Positions 17,483-28,348 of a DNA stretch of 64,000 nt are shown piece after piece (position 1 is the first letter of the stretch; the number at the start of each line of letters is the position of its first letter). The translations under genes and the position numbers were made by a program. Under the pieces are notes generated by a model. It was not told the DNA's origin, did not search any database, and saw only the letters and a list, made by a program, of their open reading frames with translations. The stretch comes from a virus. Lineage: Duplodnaviria > Caudoviricetes. Location of the stretch: the IMG/VR virus record IMGVR_UViG_3300009037_000003, positions 64,001 through 128,000 of that record; one strand, given 5' to 3'.

Positions 17483-18121
17483 TTATAGATATTCTAATTG
17501 ACAATACATACCGAATGATGTTTTTGAGCCGATGCTCGTAGGACTAGCCGAAATACCGACATACCAATCGTGTCTGGTGTCTTCTGTATCAACCCCGTTC
17601 GGTGACAATCCACCGCTACCTGGACTGCTTAACAGATTTACCACGACACCGTCGCCTGATGGCGTGATCCATCCGGGATGACTCGCCGGTGCTACTGCTG
17701 TACCAGTCGAGCTAACACCAGAGCCGCCATTGCAAATTTGTACTACTTGCGTTAACACGCCTACCGCCCCAGCGGTAATATCTGATCTATCGTAGATACG
17801 AAGTTCGCAGTTTTGTGTCTTGACGGCACTATCAAAAGTAAATCTGATATTGAGTGTTCCGGACTCGATTGGTACGCCAGACGGATCGATCGCTGTATCG
17901 CCGTTGATGATCACTCCGCTAGCTACTGTGTCAAACTTACAGTTAGTTAGCGATGGTCCCTCTAGTGTTCCGTTGGAACTACAAACAAAAGTGCTATCCT
18001 GATATTCGCCAACTTGCACTGATGTTCCGAAAGATGTTCCGAAAAAGCCGACGCCAGACGAACCAATAGAGTTATACGTACCACCACCCTCGCCACCATA
18101 AAAAGCAATTGTTGCTGCCAT
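17483..18121 (-). CDS. Virion structural protein (paralogue of 21528-22163)
   Basis: Start MAATIAF after the GGGGTG Shine-Dalgarno; beta-rich; has its own promoter and terminator. Confidence 0.6.
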   Translation of the reverse strand: MAATIAFYGGEGGGTYNSIGSSGVGFFGTSFGTSVQVGEYQDSTFVCSSNGTLEGPSLTNCKFDTVASGVIINGDTAIDPSGVPIESGTLNIRFTFDSAVKTQNCELRIYDRSDITAGAVGVLTQVVQICNGGSGVSSTGTAVAPASHPGWITPSGDGVVVNLLSSPGSGGLSPNGVDTEDTRHDWYVGISASPTSIGSKTSFGMYCQLEYL

Positions 18122-18154
18122 ATTTACACCCCCTTTCAAAGGTTCAACCGGTTT

Positions 18155-18163
18155 ATTATACAC
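18155..18163 (-). promoter_or_regulatory. Class I (late) promoter motif GTGTATAAT
   Basis: One of nine copies at gene boundaries on the - strand. Confidence 0.7.
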
Positions 18164-18169
18164 CAGCCG

Positions 18170-21100
18170 TTAGTTATCGTCGGATCCAAGCCAATTCTGC
18201 GGGGCTTCATGTATTCCGTCGCTTATATAACCAGAAGCATTATGTCGCAGCCATATTTCCTCGGCTTTTGTAAGATAAGCTTTAGAAATGCCGGAAGGTA
18301 AAGTGCCGTTTTGCCACGAGATAATGTAGTTAGCCAATTCTTCCGAACTGATAATATTATTAGAGTCAATATCTGCAGGGTGAATGTCATTACCGTCGGA
18401 CGAACCTAGAACGCAGAACGCTCCGTCGAAACAAGCCATGTTTGATGTTCCTCCAAGATTCCCTCCAGGAGAAATATCACTTTCTGTATTTCTGAGAGCT
18501 GTGAACGTAAATCGTATCGACCGTGTGCCAGAAGGAACTCGAACGGTAGTGCTATTTAGATGCCAACCAGCGGTTCCATCTGGTCCAAACGTATATCCAG
18601 ACAGCAAAACATCTGAATAAAATTCGAATTTGCCCTCTCCGGTGTCGTTAATCGTTTTTTCTGTAGTAGTCTGGTATAAGCCGATATAGGCATTAATTAA
18701 TCCACTATCTATAGCGGACGTAGATATACCTGCATCTATCAGGTCTATGTCTTGCCATACCGACCCAGATGGGAGGTTGGGTGCCTGAAAATAATAGTCG
18801 TGGTCATCATAGGATTCGGGGAAAGAGTAATCGAGAGTGTCGTCGGGGTGCGTGACAGCATAGTTCATCACCGAAGATGGACTGAAAGGATGGAAGCAGC
18901 TATCTGGATCTAATTCGAAATCGAACACTCTCTGTGGGGCATTTATTATCCACGTAGTTCCATTAACGCCGCTAACACTGGGCTTTATAATATTAGAGAG
19001 AGCAGCGGCCTGCATTCCTTCTACCGAACTATGTGTCGACTGATTATACAGATGTAGGGGAATAACATACAAAGTCGTATAGTCATAGACAACATACGGA
19101 TATCTATCCAACGGCGATAGGTTTCCATCCGTAGGAAATTTTTTCGTATTCCACTGTAGCACAGGATATCCGAGGAACGTATAATAATTACCATCACAGT
19201 CTTCTATGATTTCGTTCCGCATTGGGTATCTTATAGGCGTTTCTGGCTCTATAGAATCAATTGTGTATACCCAAACGACTGGAAAGTATTCATCGAACTT
19301 GCGGTACTCGTCACCAGGAATAACTTCGCCGTTTATATATCTTATCTTGTATTCGAAGTCTATGGTACCGCTATATCGAGCACCAGAAATGATAGCTTGT
19401 CCGTCTTGCGTCTTTGTGTGTGTTCGGCGAATCGTTGGGGATGGGGAAACATTCCAAATGTTTATATCACGTTCCCCGTAATACATCTTTTTTGTCCCCA
19501 TATAGAACGGAAGATCGTCAGCGACAGACCATGATAATAGATTTTCGCCGAGTTCGCCGGATGAAACATCTTTATTGCTACCATGCTCAACGACCAAAAA
19601 GATTGTGTAGCATGTAGCAGTATCGCCGCTGGAGTGCGTTCCATGACTAACGCCTATCTGTATTTCGTCTAAATCTGCCCATGTCCACGGCAATCCCGTT
19701 ACTGGGTTGTATGGCCAATCGCACATCGAAAAACCGTTTGCTATTGTAGCAGATCCGTTATGATATGCCCGGAAATTTTTATCCCCTGGACATTGATTGT
19801 CAGATACATAGTCGGCATATGTAATTCCGGACGGAACACGTATTATGTGGTATTGACAGTCGATCGGTTCAACGCTTCCGATAGTGTGATCCTGTATGCA
19901 TGTCCAGATACGATAAATCGGTTGCAATGGTGAGCCGTTTGGCAAATAGTCTTTTATACCGCCCAAGCCGTATCCGCCAGCTAATGGCTGTTTACCTGAA
20001 ATTGCCGGTGGACGTTTCAAATAAAATAACGATTGATTGCCAGCTACGGTAGATGAAATACGTGGATCATCTTGATTAACAGAAAAAGGATTGCTTTCAT
20101 TAGGTTGCAAGCATTGATAAGCATAATCTACATCATAATCTGGATAGATAGTACGATTGCCGGTAGCTGTCGTATAATCTTGTGATTCGCCATTCCAGTC
20201 TATATGCACGACAGTCAACTTAGTACCGTGCGGAATCATGCTATCGGTTGGCGCGCCATATCTAGGGGGTGCTTCTACGAAATACGGATCACCGCTAGGA
20301 ACCAGCGCCCCCAATGGGTATTGAGGAAACCATGTATCGTGTTTTCTATCGGTTTCTGCTTCCCAGAAATTCGGATCCATTTGCATGGCCGTGAACTGTA
20401 GTTTATATCGCGGGTCCCATACTAGACTGGGATCATTTGAGAAGACCGGATCAAAGATCTTTGATGGATATGATCCACTGGGTTCTCGGATATCGTTCAT
20501 TATGATGTTGTTGTAGAAAAATCTACCAGTAGACGCATCGTCCGGATCGGAATCTACTACGGAATAGCCTAGGAAAACGCTTTGTTGTGATGTGAAAGTA
20601 CTTTGTTCGTTAACTATATTCGTAGTATGCTGGATGTCCAGTTCCCCGTTAACCCACACATATACCATACCAAGATTAGCACCGTAGAAATACTGGCCGC
20701 TTCCAAAATTGACAGGTGGCCAAATACTCTGATCATTTCCTGGCAACATGGTGTTAGGGAATTTAGGATGACCATTGGCAGGCCACTGATCCATTTGCAG
20801 GGGCCTGTTGTAGTTCTCGCTTTCTGCGTCGCGGATAGATGGACAAGTGCCAGGATTGCTTTCATAAGCTTCGAAAAACGGAACAAATGAATCGACGAAT
20901 TTGGGGACTAGCGATGTGCCTATTTCGCTGATATCCCACCCCTGACAGGCGTGGACAAAGATCTGTATTTCGTGCCACTTGTTTGGGGCAAGGTAAATAT
21001 TGCCGAGTCTATTGTCGCTATTCGGCATCCATGCCGTAGGCAGGTAACCAGTTTCGGGCTGTTGCACATGCCAGCTACCGATAACTTCTAAATATCCGTT

Positions 21101-21526
21101 AACAAGACTTATTGTAAGATCTTCTGAATCCTCATCTCCAAGACCGGTTTTTGTTCTTTGCACGACAACAACACTGCCGCCAGGAGTGTTGGTATACATG
21201 AAATCAAACTTCAGATAAAATGCACGAACATCAAGCGGTGTTGCTAGCGTATCGCCAAATCCACCAGTGTATAGTCTACATGCGTTAGTTGGTTCATCGT
21301 GTGACCAGGTCTCTAGACAGTATTTGCCGTGACCTCCAAGAACCCCGTATCTACTATATATTTCATCGTGTGAAACTATCTGGGCATTGTCTGTCGTCGT
21401 ATTTGGAATACTGCCAGTACTGTTGTTCCACCCAGTATACGCATACGGAAAGTTCCCCTTGATTTGCGAATCGATAGCGCCGGTATGTTCTAAACCGAAA
21501 CCGAAATGTAGAGTGTACATTCTCAT
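18170..21526 (-). CDS. Large tail/receptor-binding protein with lectin-like and dockerin/EF-hand-like domains
   Basis: LamG-like WHEIQI...VWVNG, NPVTGLPWTWADL motif, jelly-roll VPSGTRSIR, C-terminal PADIDSNNIISSEEL. Confidence 0.55.
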   Translation of the reverse strand: MRMYTLHFGFGLEHTGAIDSQIKGNFPYAYTGWNNSTGSIPNTTTDNAQIVSHDEIYSRYGVLGGHGKYCLETWSHDEPTNACRLYTGGFGDTLATPLDVRAFYLKFDFMYTNTPGGSVVVVQRTKTGLGDEDSEDLTISLVNGYLEVIGSWHVQQPETGYLPTAWMPNSDNRLGNIYLAPNKWHEIQIFVHACQGWDISEIGTSLVPKFVDSFVPFFEAYESNPGTCPSIRDAESENYNRPLQMDQWPANGHPKFPNTMLPGNDQSIWPPVNFGSGQYFYGANLGMVYVWVNGELDIQHTTNIVNEQSTFTSQQSVFLGYSVVDSDPDDASTGRFFYNNIIMNDIREPSGSYPSKIFDPVFSNDPSLVWDPRYKLQFTAMQMDPNFWEAETDRKHDTWFPQYPLGALVPSGDPYFVEAPPRYGAPTDSMIPHGTKLTVVHIDWNGESQDYTTATGNRTIYPDYDVDYAYQCLQPNESNPFSVNQDDPRISSTVAGNQSLFYLKRPPAISGKQPLAGGYGLGGIKDYLPNGSPLQPIYRIWTCIQDHTIGSVEPIDCQYHIIRVPSGITYADYVSDNQCPGDKNFRAYHNGSATIANGFSMCDWPYNPVTGLPWTWADLDEIQIGVSHGTHSSGDTATCYTIFLVVEHGSNKDVSSGELGENLLSWSVADDLPFYMGTKKMYYGERDINIWNVSPSPTIRRTHTKTQDGQAIISGARYSGTIDFEYKIRYINGEVIPGDEYRKFDEYFPVVWVYTIDSIEPETPIRYPMRNEIIEDCDGNYYTFLGYPVLQWNTKKFPTDGNLSPLDRYPYVVYDYTTLYVIPLHLYNQSTHSSVEGMQAAALSNIIKPSVSGVNGTTWIINAPQRVFDFELDPDSCFHPFSPSSVMNYAVTHPDDTLDYSFPESYDDHDYYFQAPNLPSGSVWQDIDLIDAGISTSAIDSGLINAYIGLYQTTTEKTINDTGEGKFEFYSDVLLSGYTFGPDGTAGWHLNSTTVRVPSGTRSIRFTFTALRNTESDISPGGNLGGTSNMACFDGAFCVLGSSDGNDIHPADIDSNNIISSEELANYIISWQNGTLPSGISKAYLTKAEEIWLRHNASGYISDGIHEAPQNWLGSDDN

Positions 21527-21527
21527 G

Positions 21528-22163
21528 TTATAGGTATTCGAGCTCAAAACTCATGCCGAAACTTTTATCACCAAGTTGAGTTGGTGAACAGGTAAGGGCT
21601 ACATACCAATCATGGGTCTCGCTTAATTGCTCGAATCCACCCTGTCGAACGCCATTCAGTCCTGGTGAATTCACCAATGCTATGTAGTTCGAACCGACTT
21701 CACTAAGGTCAGACCAAACTGCATCGCTATATGTACTTGTGACGGATTGCAATCTACTTGGATGGCGGATTTCTGCAGCAAAAAACGCGATACCCGTAGC
21801 CGGTATCGTTTTGTTAGCCAAAGAGCCAGTAAATGTTCCATCGAAAATCCATAGTTTAACCTGCTGGCAATATGCTGCCGAGCCATGAGTAAATCTCAAA
21901 TTTATTGTAGCTAATTCGTTCGGTAAGTTCGATAATAATATTCCACTTCCAGTTTGTCCATGAATAACTCCGGAATCTGAAACCCATTTATTATTATTAC
22001 ACTCGAACCCCTGAGTTGTTCCATCGCTATTTACAACAAATGTATGGCCATTGTATTCGCCTATGGATACAGGATCGTCGAATCCATTGTCACCGAAGAA
22101 TCCGATACCGGATCCCGTGGTGACAAGAACATTTTCACCAGCATATAATTCTACTAAAGCCAT
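21528..22163 (-). CDS. Virion structural protein (paralogue of 17483-18121)
   Basis: Shares GFFG, GEY..TFV, N.RFT, SPG, HDWYV..SPT..G.K.FGM...LEYL with its paralogue. Confidence 0.6.
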   Translation of the reverse strand: MALVELYAGENVLVTTGSGIGFFGDNGFDDPVSIGEYNGHTFVVNSDGTTQGFECNNNKWVSDSGVIHGQTGSGILLSNLPNELATINLRFTHGSAAYCQQVKLWIFDGTFTGSLANKTIPATGIAFFAAEIRHPSRLQSVTSTYSDAVWSDLSEVGSNYIALVNSPGLNGVRQGGFEQLSETHDWYVALTCSPTQLGDKSFGMSFELEYL

Positions 22164-22177
22164 ATGTTTCTCCCATT

Positions 22178-22186
22178 ATTATACAC
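22178..22186 (-). promoter_or_regulatory. Class I (late) promoter motif GTGTATAAT
   Basis: Immediately upstream of GGGAG Shine-Dalgarno and ATG 22163. Confidence 0.7.
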
Positions 22187-24204
22187 TACTCTTCAGGCGT
22201 TCCGCCATCGTCATCATCCGACGCTTCTTCGGGTCTATGGGTTTGCGGATCTGTAAATTCGAAATAATGTACTATCTCATCAAAGATTGCTTCGTCGCCC
22301 TCGTCGGGCGACGGAGGGATGATACGTACCCAGCTATACAGATCGTCACAGAATAATGGCTGATCATCAGTTATATTCTCGGTTAGGACTAATGTTTTCA
22401 GCATATTTAGATTCTGGACAATAAACCTAGCTCTGACATTATTACAGCCTGGTTGTAATTCGACTGAAATTTCATGCAACATCGTCGTCGATTCTTCCCA
22501 GTCGATAGTATCACCGAATTGTGAATCGGGCGATACGCCAGGGTATGGATCGGCGCAGATAACTTTTTCAGATATACTAGAATAAGTATTATCATGCGAT
22601 GGTAGTCCGTGCCATGCTCTATCCCACGTAAACTCATTGGTAGCAGATACAAGTAGACACGATTGACGGCCTATAAAATCGTATGTCCATAATTGTTTCC
22701 CGTCATTTGGCTGAGGTTCCTGACCTTCTGGTAACTCCCAACCAGGTATATTGATCGGATCCAGACGATCAGCCCGGTCAAGCGTTCCAGTTGCCTGTAT
22801 TCTAATAGTCGTCGCTGTGGCTACTGTGATATTGAAACACACATCGGTGATGCAGAACATAGTCGGCATGTTGTCCGAAGGATAATAAATTTGCGGGACA
22901 GTACCAGCAACTTTTGGCACCTGTCCTGTCGGCGTATCGTTGAAGCCTTCCCACGGATTATCCCATAATGAGTCGCGATGCAGACGAACCATATACCTCA
23001 TACCGACAGCGCGCGCTGGCAAAATGTTGGTAATAGCATTTAACTCAGGTATTGATCTATATTCGTATACGTTCCTTGTAGAATCGAACGCGTGAAATTC
23101 CGGAGATCCAGTCAATAGTTTGAGAGCTGCTAATGGCGTCAAACGGGTAAAGTTTGTTCTTATAACACCGGGAACATCGTAATAGACAGGTTCCTCTTCC
23201 TCGTCTTCGGACATAATAAGTCCGACACTATTGATAGACACCTTGTCTGGTATAATTGGTTGTAGATGATCCGATTCCGGCCACGGCGTACTTATCGGAT
23301 GAATAGATGCCCCCCATTCGTCGAACGGCTGCGGAGGACGCATTGGGAAAGGTGCATTTTCCGCCTGCCACGACGACCATTCGTCCTGCGAGACAGGGAA
23401 AGATGATGCAAGTATTGATGCCGATAACAATTGATGATCATGCTGGGACACAAAACTGCCAGCATATTCATACATCTGTGACATTAGAGACTGAATAAAT
23501 TCTGGAATACCAAAATAGCTGTAAGTGTAAATCTGATCAAAAAGACCTATAAACGTGATCGGAATTATACTACCTACTTCATATGCTTGGGTGGAATCAT
23601 GATAGAATGGAGAGGTTTCTAAGTCGTATACACTTTTATCCCAATGCGAAACGATATAGCCGCCATCGCCTTCTATTGCGCACTGAATACTCCTTGGATC
23701 TTTCAATAAGTATTGATTACCTAGTGCTGTGAAGTGACTGATATATTTTGTCGGATTCTCTGTGAAAGCGATCGGATCGACATATACCGTTCCATCTTGC
23801 GATTTAAACGGTACGTCGCAGGAAATACTTCTGTCTAAAGTATTCTCTACGTTTGATCCATCATAAATGGCTTTGCATACCCTCAGACCGTAAGACATTC
23901 TATGTATGGTATCAAGTAAGCCCAATAGGTGTCCGGGATTATAATAGTTAACACCGGGGTTGCCTACGCCTAAACCTGGATAAAGATCTCTTGTGCTTGC
24001 CGGAATATATGGCGACGGAAACGGTGAGACGTATAATCTCGGATCGATGTATGTCCCACCGCATGACGCCATAGTAGTTGGAGTCGGATACAATATTCCT
24101 TGATATCCACCACATATAGCACCTATTTCTGGTGTAAATGGATGATAGCCGTGAACGGCAAGAAGTAGCATATTTGAATCGCCGAAACCTTGTAGTATTG
24201 CCAT
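22186..24204 (-). CDS. Hypothetical tail-tip region protein
   Basis: 672-aa acidic, Pro-rich ORF in the tail module. Confidence 0.45.
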   Translation of the reverse strand: MAILQGFGDSNMLLLAVHGYHPFTPEIGAICGGYQGILYPTPTTMASCGGTYIDPRLYVSPFPSPYIPASTRDLYPGLGVGNPGVNYYNPGHLLGLLDTIHRMSYGLRVCKAIYDGSNVENTLDRSISCDVPFKSQDGTVYVDPIAFTENPTKYISHFTALGNQYLLKDPRSIQCAIEGDGGYIVSHWDKSVYDLETSPFYHDSTQAYEVGSIIPITFIGLFDQIYTYSYFGIPEFIQSLMSQMYEYAGSFVSQHDHQLLSASILASSFPVSQDEWSSWQAENAPFPMRPPQPFDEWGASIHPISTPWPESDHLQPIIPDKVSINSVGLIMSEDEEEEPVYYDVPGVIRTNFTRLTPLAALKLLTGSPEFHAFDSTRNVYEYRSIPELNAITNILPARAVGMRYMVRLHRDSLWDNPWEGFNDTPTGQVPKVAGTVPQIYYPSDNMPTMFCITDVCFNITVATATTIRIQATGTLDRADRLDPINIPGWELPEGQEPQPNDGKQLWTYDFIGRQSCLLVSATNEFTWDRAWHGLPSHDNTYSSISEKVICADPYPGVSPDSQFGDTIDWEESTTMLHEISVELQPGCNNVRARFIVQNLNMLKTLVLTENITDDQPLFCDDLYSWVRIIPPSPDEGDEAIFDEIVHYFEFTDPQTHRPEEASDDDDGGTPEE

Positions 24205-24212
24205 AAACCCCT

Positions 24213-26594
24213 CTATGGTAATGGTGGAGCAAAAGTTGGAGGTGTTTGTTCGATGTATTCAACGAACGGACCCAACGGTCCTTCCGAATAGATACTCACA
24301 GTAACCCTAGTACCAATAGGCAACCAACCTGGACTATTAAACGGTTCTGCCAGATTACGAACATGTGTCCATTCCGGAACAAACGCTCTTAAAAGCAAAG
24401 GATCTGTGACACTACCAGCGGCGTCGATGTCTCTATAGTTCAATCTTCTTACTGTATAATACGGTCCACCGCCTTCGACCGCCTGAATAACCCCCATACC
24501 CCCTTCTGGCTTATCCATGGTGACATCCCAGAGTATATCGGTGGGTCCCTGCAAATCTTCCTGCTCTGGTGCAGCTTCGGGAGACGGTGGAGCTTGCAAA
24601 TCATCTTTCACTTCTGGAAATTCGTCGTCTGGTTCTTTCTCTGCCTCGGCCTGATCTGTCTCTCTTTCCTGCTGTCTTTTTCTCTTAAATTCACCTAACT
24701 CACGTGTATACAAATTCATCCCATATCGCGTAGTAACGCCATTATCGTCGAATCTCACAAAAACTTCGGTTATACTACCGCCTAGCCCTACGGCCTGTCC
24801 GATGTTTACTTTTGGGGTACCGACGACTTCCAACTGTCCAGTATTGATAACAGGCATTGCTGGTAAGGTGTCTATCTTTTTGCCAGCCAGATCTGTCAAC
24901 ATGTCCATAGCAGTACTATGAAACATATTTCTATCACCGAATATCCATGGAACCAAATCTTTGTCTACGATCACCTCAGATCGTCCGGGAGATGGCACTC
25001 GGCTCTTGACAAGAGACGTGTTAGACCATGGTCCATAGTGAATACCTCTATCCATTAATGGTATCCACGCCATTGATAACGATTCATGTCGGACCAAAGT
25101 ATCTGAGTCTATCACTCCGGTGTCGGGATCGATATAATACCTCGTCAAAGGTACTGGAAGCACAATGACGACATACCGGCCGTACTGTTCCAGCACGCAC
25201 CTCATATATGCTTCGCCTTCTCTCCATATCGTATTTGTGGAATTGGCCGACAGTGGCGCCCATGTGATATAGTGAGGCTTAATTGGAGATTCTTCTGTCC
25301 CTGAGCCAGTAACGAAAATACTTGGCAAAGAGACGAAAGGCCCCCACCGCCCATCTTCTGTTGTCATTTTCATCAACACATCGGGGTCGAATTGCTGGGC
25401 TCCGTGCGGAGGCGTATCGCCCTCCCACCAGGCTGCTGGAATTATTTCCGGATATGTTGGCATACTGAGCGACGAATCGGACAGGGTATTCTTGTCAAGC
25501 GAAATATAAAATCTTTTTCCCCAAAAATCGTCGACGTATCTTTTTAGTGCGGCCAACTGGTCCTGATCCATATCATCGGCAATGGCACCATTTACAACGT
25601 CGGTAAGTTGCTCAGTTGTCGTACTAACACGCCGATATTGTGGATCATTTGGCATGACGTAGGAAGGTTGAGCGAGCGGCTGTCCGTTTACATCAAGCCC
25701 CCAAAATTGATGAATTGATATGTCGGTAAAAGCACAGAGCTTTCTCTTGACGCCGCCCCATATCACCTTATGAGTAGTAATATCATTGTTTTCGAATCCG
25801 TCAACTCGTCGAATAACTTCATTGTCGTGCAATGCGGCCAAGGCATCCATATCGATCGCAATCGGGTTGCCTATACCGTCTAGCCTTCTGATGACTTTAA
25901 TTGTAATAACAATTGTTTGGTCTGTAACACTTTTGCGATGAGCTTCTACCCACCACTCAGCACCTACAGCTCCACAAAATTCCGTAATAATAGAGACAAG
26001 AGATCTGATTTCACCTTCTATGTAATACTGCTCGATGCCATCGCCACGCCAATTCGTTAGGTCTCTTAGCTCCGTCATATCGACTTCGAATACTTCGCTG
26101 CCATAAGTTAGCGTCGCGGCTTCGACACGATCTATCACCGTACTAAACATTACGCCACAATCTTCTTCTTTGCTGGAGCTATCTTCGTCTACTTCGTCTC
26201 CCGTTGTTGCAACGTAAACAATATTTGCATCTATCAGTGCAACTTCCGATTCCGGATCGTTAACATAAACGTTGGTTATATTTGCAGAATCTAGTACGGT
26301 ACGACAGTCAGTTAGCTTAATCGTATAAATACCGGTACCATTGACGTCTACCGTTGTTCTCTCCCACGACTGAACTATTCCAAGAAGATCAAGTTCCCCG
26401 AAGGAGATATGTTGCACAGATCGGATAGCGGTCATGTCGAGTGTAAAATCTTGGTTATTTTCTTCGACAACAGTAACGGTGAAGACGATGGGCTGACTAT
26501 TAAACCCCATCTGTGCAGTGATACTCTTAAAGGAGCAACCAAAAACCTTAGTGCTCCTTGCCCCCCATTCATGATCGTAGATTACAGTAGCCAT
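24213..26594 (-). CDS. Putative tail-tip / baseplate hub protein
   Basis: Position after the tape measure; LLGIVQSW...YTIKLTD and ITEVFVRFDDNGVTTRY hub-like strands. Confidence 0.5.
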   Translation of the reverse strand: MATVIYDHEWGARSTKVFGCSFKSITAQMGFNSQPIVFTVTVVEENNQDFTLDMTAIRSVQHISFGELDLLGIVQSWERTTVDVNGTGIYTIKLTDCRTVLDSANITNVYVNDPESEVALIDANIVYVATTGDEVDEDSSSKEEDCGVMFSTVIDRVEAATLTYGSEVFEVDMTELRDLTNWRGDGIEQYYIEGEIRSLVSIITEFCGAVGAEWWVEAHRKSVTDQTIVITIKVIRRLDGIGNPIAIDMDALAALHDNEVIRRVDGFENNDITTHKVIWGGVKRKLCAFTDISIHQFWGLDVNGQPLAQPSYVMPNDPQYRRVSTTTEQLTDVVNGAIADDMDQDQLAALKRYVDDFWGKRFYISLDKNTLSDSSLSMPTYPEIIPAAWWEGDTPPHGAQQFDPDVLMKMTTEDGRWGPFVSLPSIFVTGSGTEESPIKPHYITWAPLSANSTNTIWREGEAYMRCVLEQYGRYVVIVLPVPLTRYYIDPDTGVIDSDTLVRHESLSMAWIPLMDRGIHYGPWSNTSLVKSRVPSPGRSEVIVDKDLVPWIFGDRNMFHSTAMDMLTDLAGKKIDTLPAMPVINTGQLEVVGTPKVNIGQAVGLGGSITEVFVRFDDNGVTTRYGMNLYTRELGEFKRKRQQERETDQAEAEKEPDDEFPEVKDDLQAPPSPEAAPEQEDLQGPTDILWDVTMDKPEGGMGVIQAVEGGGPYYTVRRLNYRDIDAAGSVTDPLLLRAFVPEWTHVRNLAEPFNSPGWLPIGTRVTVSIYSEGPLGPFVEYIEQTPPTFAPPLP

Positions 26595-26599
26595 TCAAA

Positions 26600-28339
26600 T
26601 TAACTCTCTGTCACTGTGTGGGTTCTTGTCCTTGTGTACTTGCCAGTAGTAGGATTCCAGGTTTCTCTGTCGCTCTCAAGAATGTACGATCCAGGATACC
26701 ATGGACTAATTGCCGGTCCATACGGAACACCTCCGGCTTCGTCCATAATGTCCGATATCGTATCAGCATCCGGTCTTGTGTCATGTCCATCCGAAGTATA
26801 CGAGACTGTTATTTGTTTTGCCGTAGCAGTATTAATTCGCTGAATAATCGGTCCTGCTATTCTACCAGGTACAATAATTTTAGCGGATATTATTTGAGGA
26901 TAGCTGATTTCGACAGACACTTCGGCATTATTATCATCCCTATCTGTCCATGTCCAGGAGACTCGTACAGTCCCATTCGTTTCGTTTACAGCACTAGATT
27001 TTGCAGTATATGACGATCCGAACGTGATTCCGGCAGGTTTTAATGAGCCAACCAGTGACTGCGCAAGCAATAAGGCCGCTGCATCGGATGGTATACTAGC
27101 CCTAGCGTTAGTAAGTCTTTCGTCTGAAGTAGATCCCTTACCGGTAATATCAACATTCAATACCAGGGTGTAGTTACCACTGTTATTGTCATATGAGATA
27201 GTAGCCTCATTGTTCTGAGAATATGTTTCACTATCGCCCGCATTCCAGTCGTAAGAAAATGTTACTACCCCGTCTTTTTCGTTTACGGTAATATTCTTCT
27301 GTGACGGAGATATGGGCACAGCATAGTCGCCAAGAAAAGCTCCCATCGCATCTATAACGGCTAAGCGGGCCGTATCGTCGTCTGGGACAGCAGCTTTGGC
27401 CGTAGCGACAGCAGACGCATTACCAATATGCCTTCCATCATACAATCCGTAGATGGTACCGGCATAACTCAGATCGATAGTATTATCCTCTACATTGTTA
27501 GTTAATGTAAACGACTGCTCGATATATGTCGCTGCCAACGCCCCAGGCCCGGCCTGTCGGATTGTCCACGTCTCGGTAATTGCATAACTGCCATCCGCTT
27601 CTGCTATCACCGTATTCTTTGTATATCCACCGTTTACCCATGCCGTAAAACCGGTAGCATATGTCACAAAATCGCTGTCTGGTCTACCAGTGATTCTAGC
27701 ATCGCACCATTGTTTCGCGTGCTGATAAGCTTCAGTCGCACTACCGGTAACCTCATCAAATGTCCTGATCCCTTTTGCACTAACTAGGTGGCTTATCTCA
27801 TATACTTTGGCGTCATGCCCCCGCAACTCATTAAACTGCCATTCGTCTGAAATTTCCTGTAATCCAGAAGCGGCAAAATCATCTTCATCTGATACTACGC
27901 CGGTCATAGAGTCGGCAACCAGGTCTATCCGATATTCACAACGATCGACCCATTGTCCATCTATGAAACTGATTGACACAATTCGCGGACGACATTTTGA
28001 TGGCGCTAATGCGCCACCATACCATTCCAAAACTTTACCATCTGTACTAAACAGCCATCTCAGAGCTTCTTGCTTCCGTTCTATTCTCGTAAAAGCTATG
28101 TCGTTTGTTCCATACGATTCATCGGGAGGTGTTCCGCTCAACGTCCAAAACGCCGCAGACGGATTATCGGATGAGAAAACGCCACTCGGAGAACCACGAA
28201 ATGGCAGTAATGTACCGGTTAACGAAATAGCATATTCGGTGCTATATTTGCTGCCACCAGCAGTAGATCGATATACCTTATCAACCGTTACAAGCGGTGC
28301 TGGAATTATTGCCTTACTGTCGTACAATACGTTAGCCAT
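26600..28339 (-). CDS. Putative distal tail/baseplate protein with internal repeats
   Basis: IIPAPLV start; recurring (L/Y)xGT(L/I) and xxG(S/V/T)xxxxxxW units. Confidence 0.5.
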   Translation of the reverse strand: MANVLYDSKAIIPAPLVTVDKVYRSTAGGSKYSTEYAISLTGTLLPFRGSPSGVFSSDNPSAAFWTLSGTPPDESYGTNDIAFTRIERKQEALRWLFSTDGKVLEWYGGALAPSKCRPRIVSISFIDGQWVDRCEYRIDLVADSMTGVVSDEDDFAASGLQEISDEWQFNELRGHDAKVYEISHLVSAKGIRTFDEVTGSATEAYQHAKQWCDARITGRPDSDFVTYATGFTAWVNGGYTKNTVIAEADGSYAITETWTIRQAGPGALAATYIEQSFTLTNNVEDNTIDLSYAGTIYGLYDGRHIGNASAVATAKAAVPDDDTARLAVIDAMGAFLGDYAVPISPSQKNITVNEKDGVVTFSYDWNAGDSETYSQNNEATISYDNNSGNYTLVLNVDITGKGSTSDERLTNARASIPSDAAALLLAQSLVGSLKPAGITFGSSYTAKSSAVNETNGTVRVSWTWTDRDDNNAEVSVEISYPQIISAKIIVPGRIAGPIIQRINTATAKQITVSYTSDGHDTRPDADTISDIMDEAGGVPYGPAISPWYPGSYILESDRETWNPTTGKYTRTRTHTVTES

Positions 28340-28348
28340 AATATCCCC

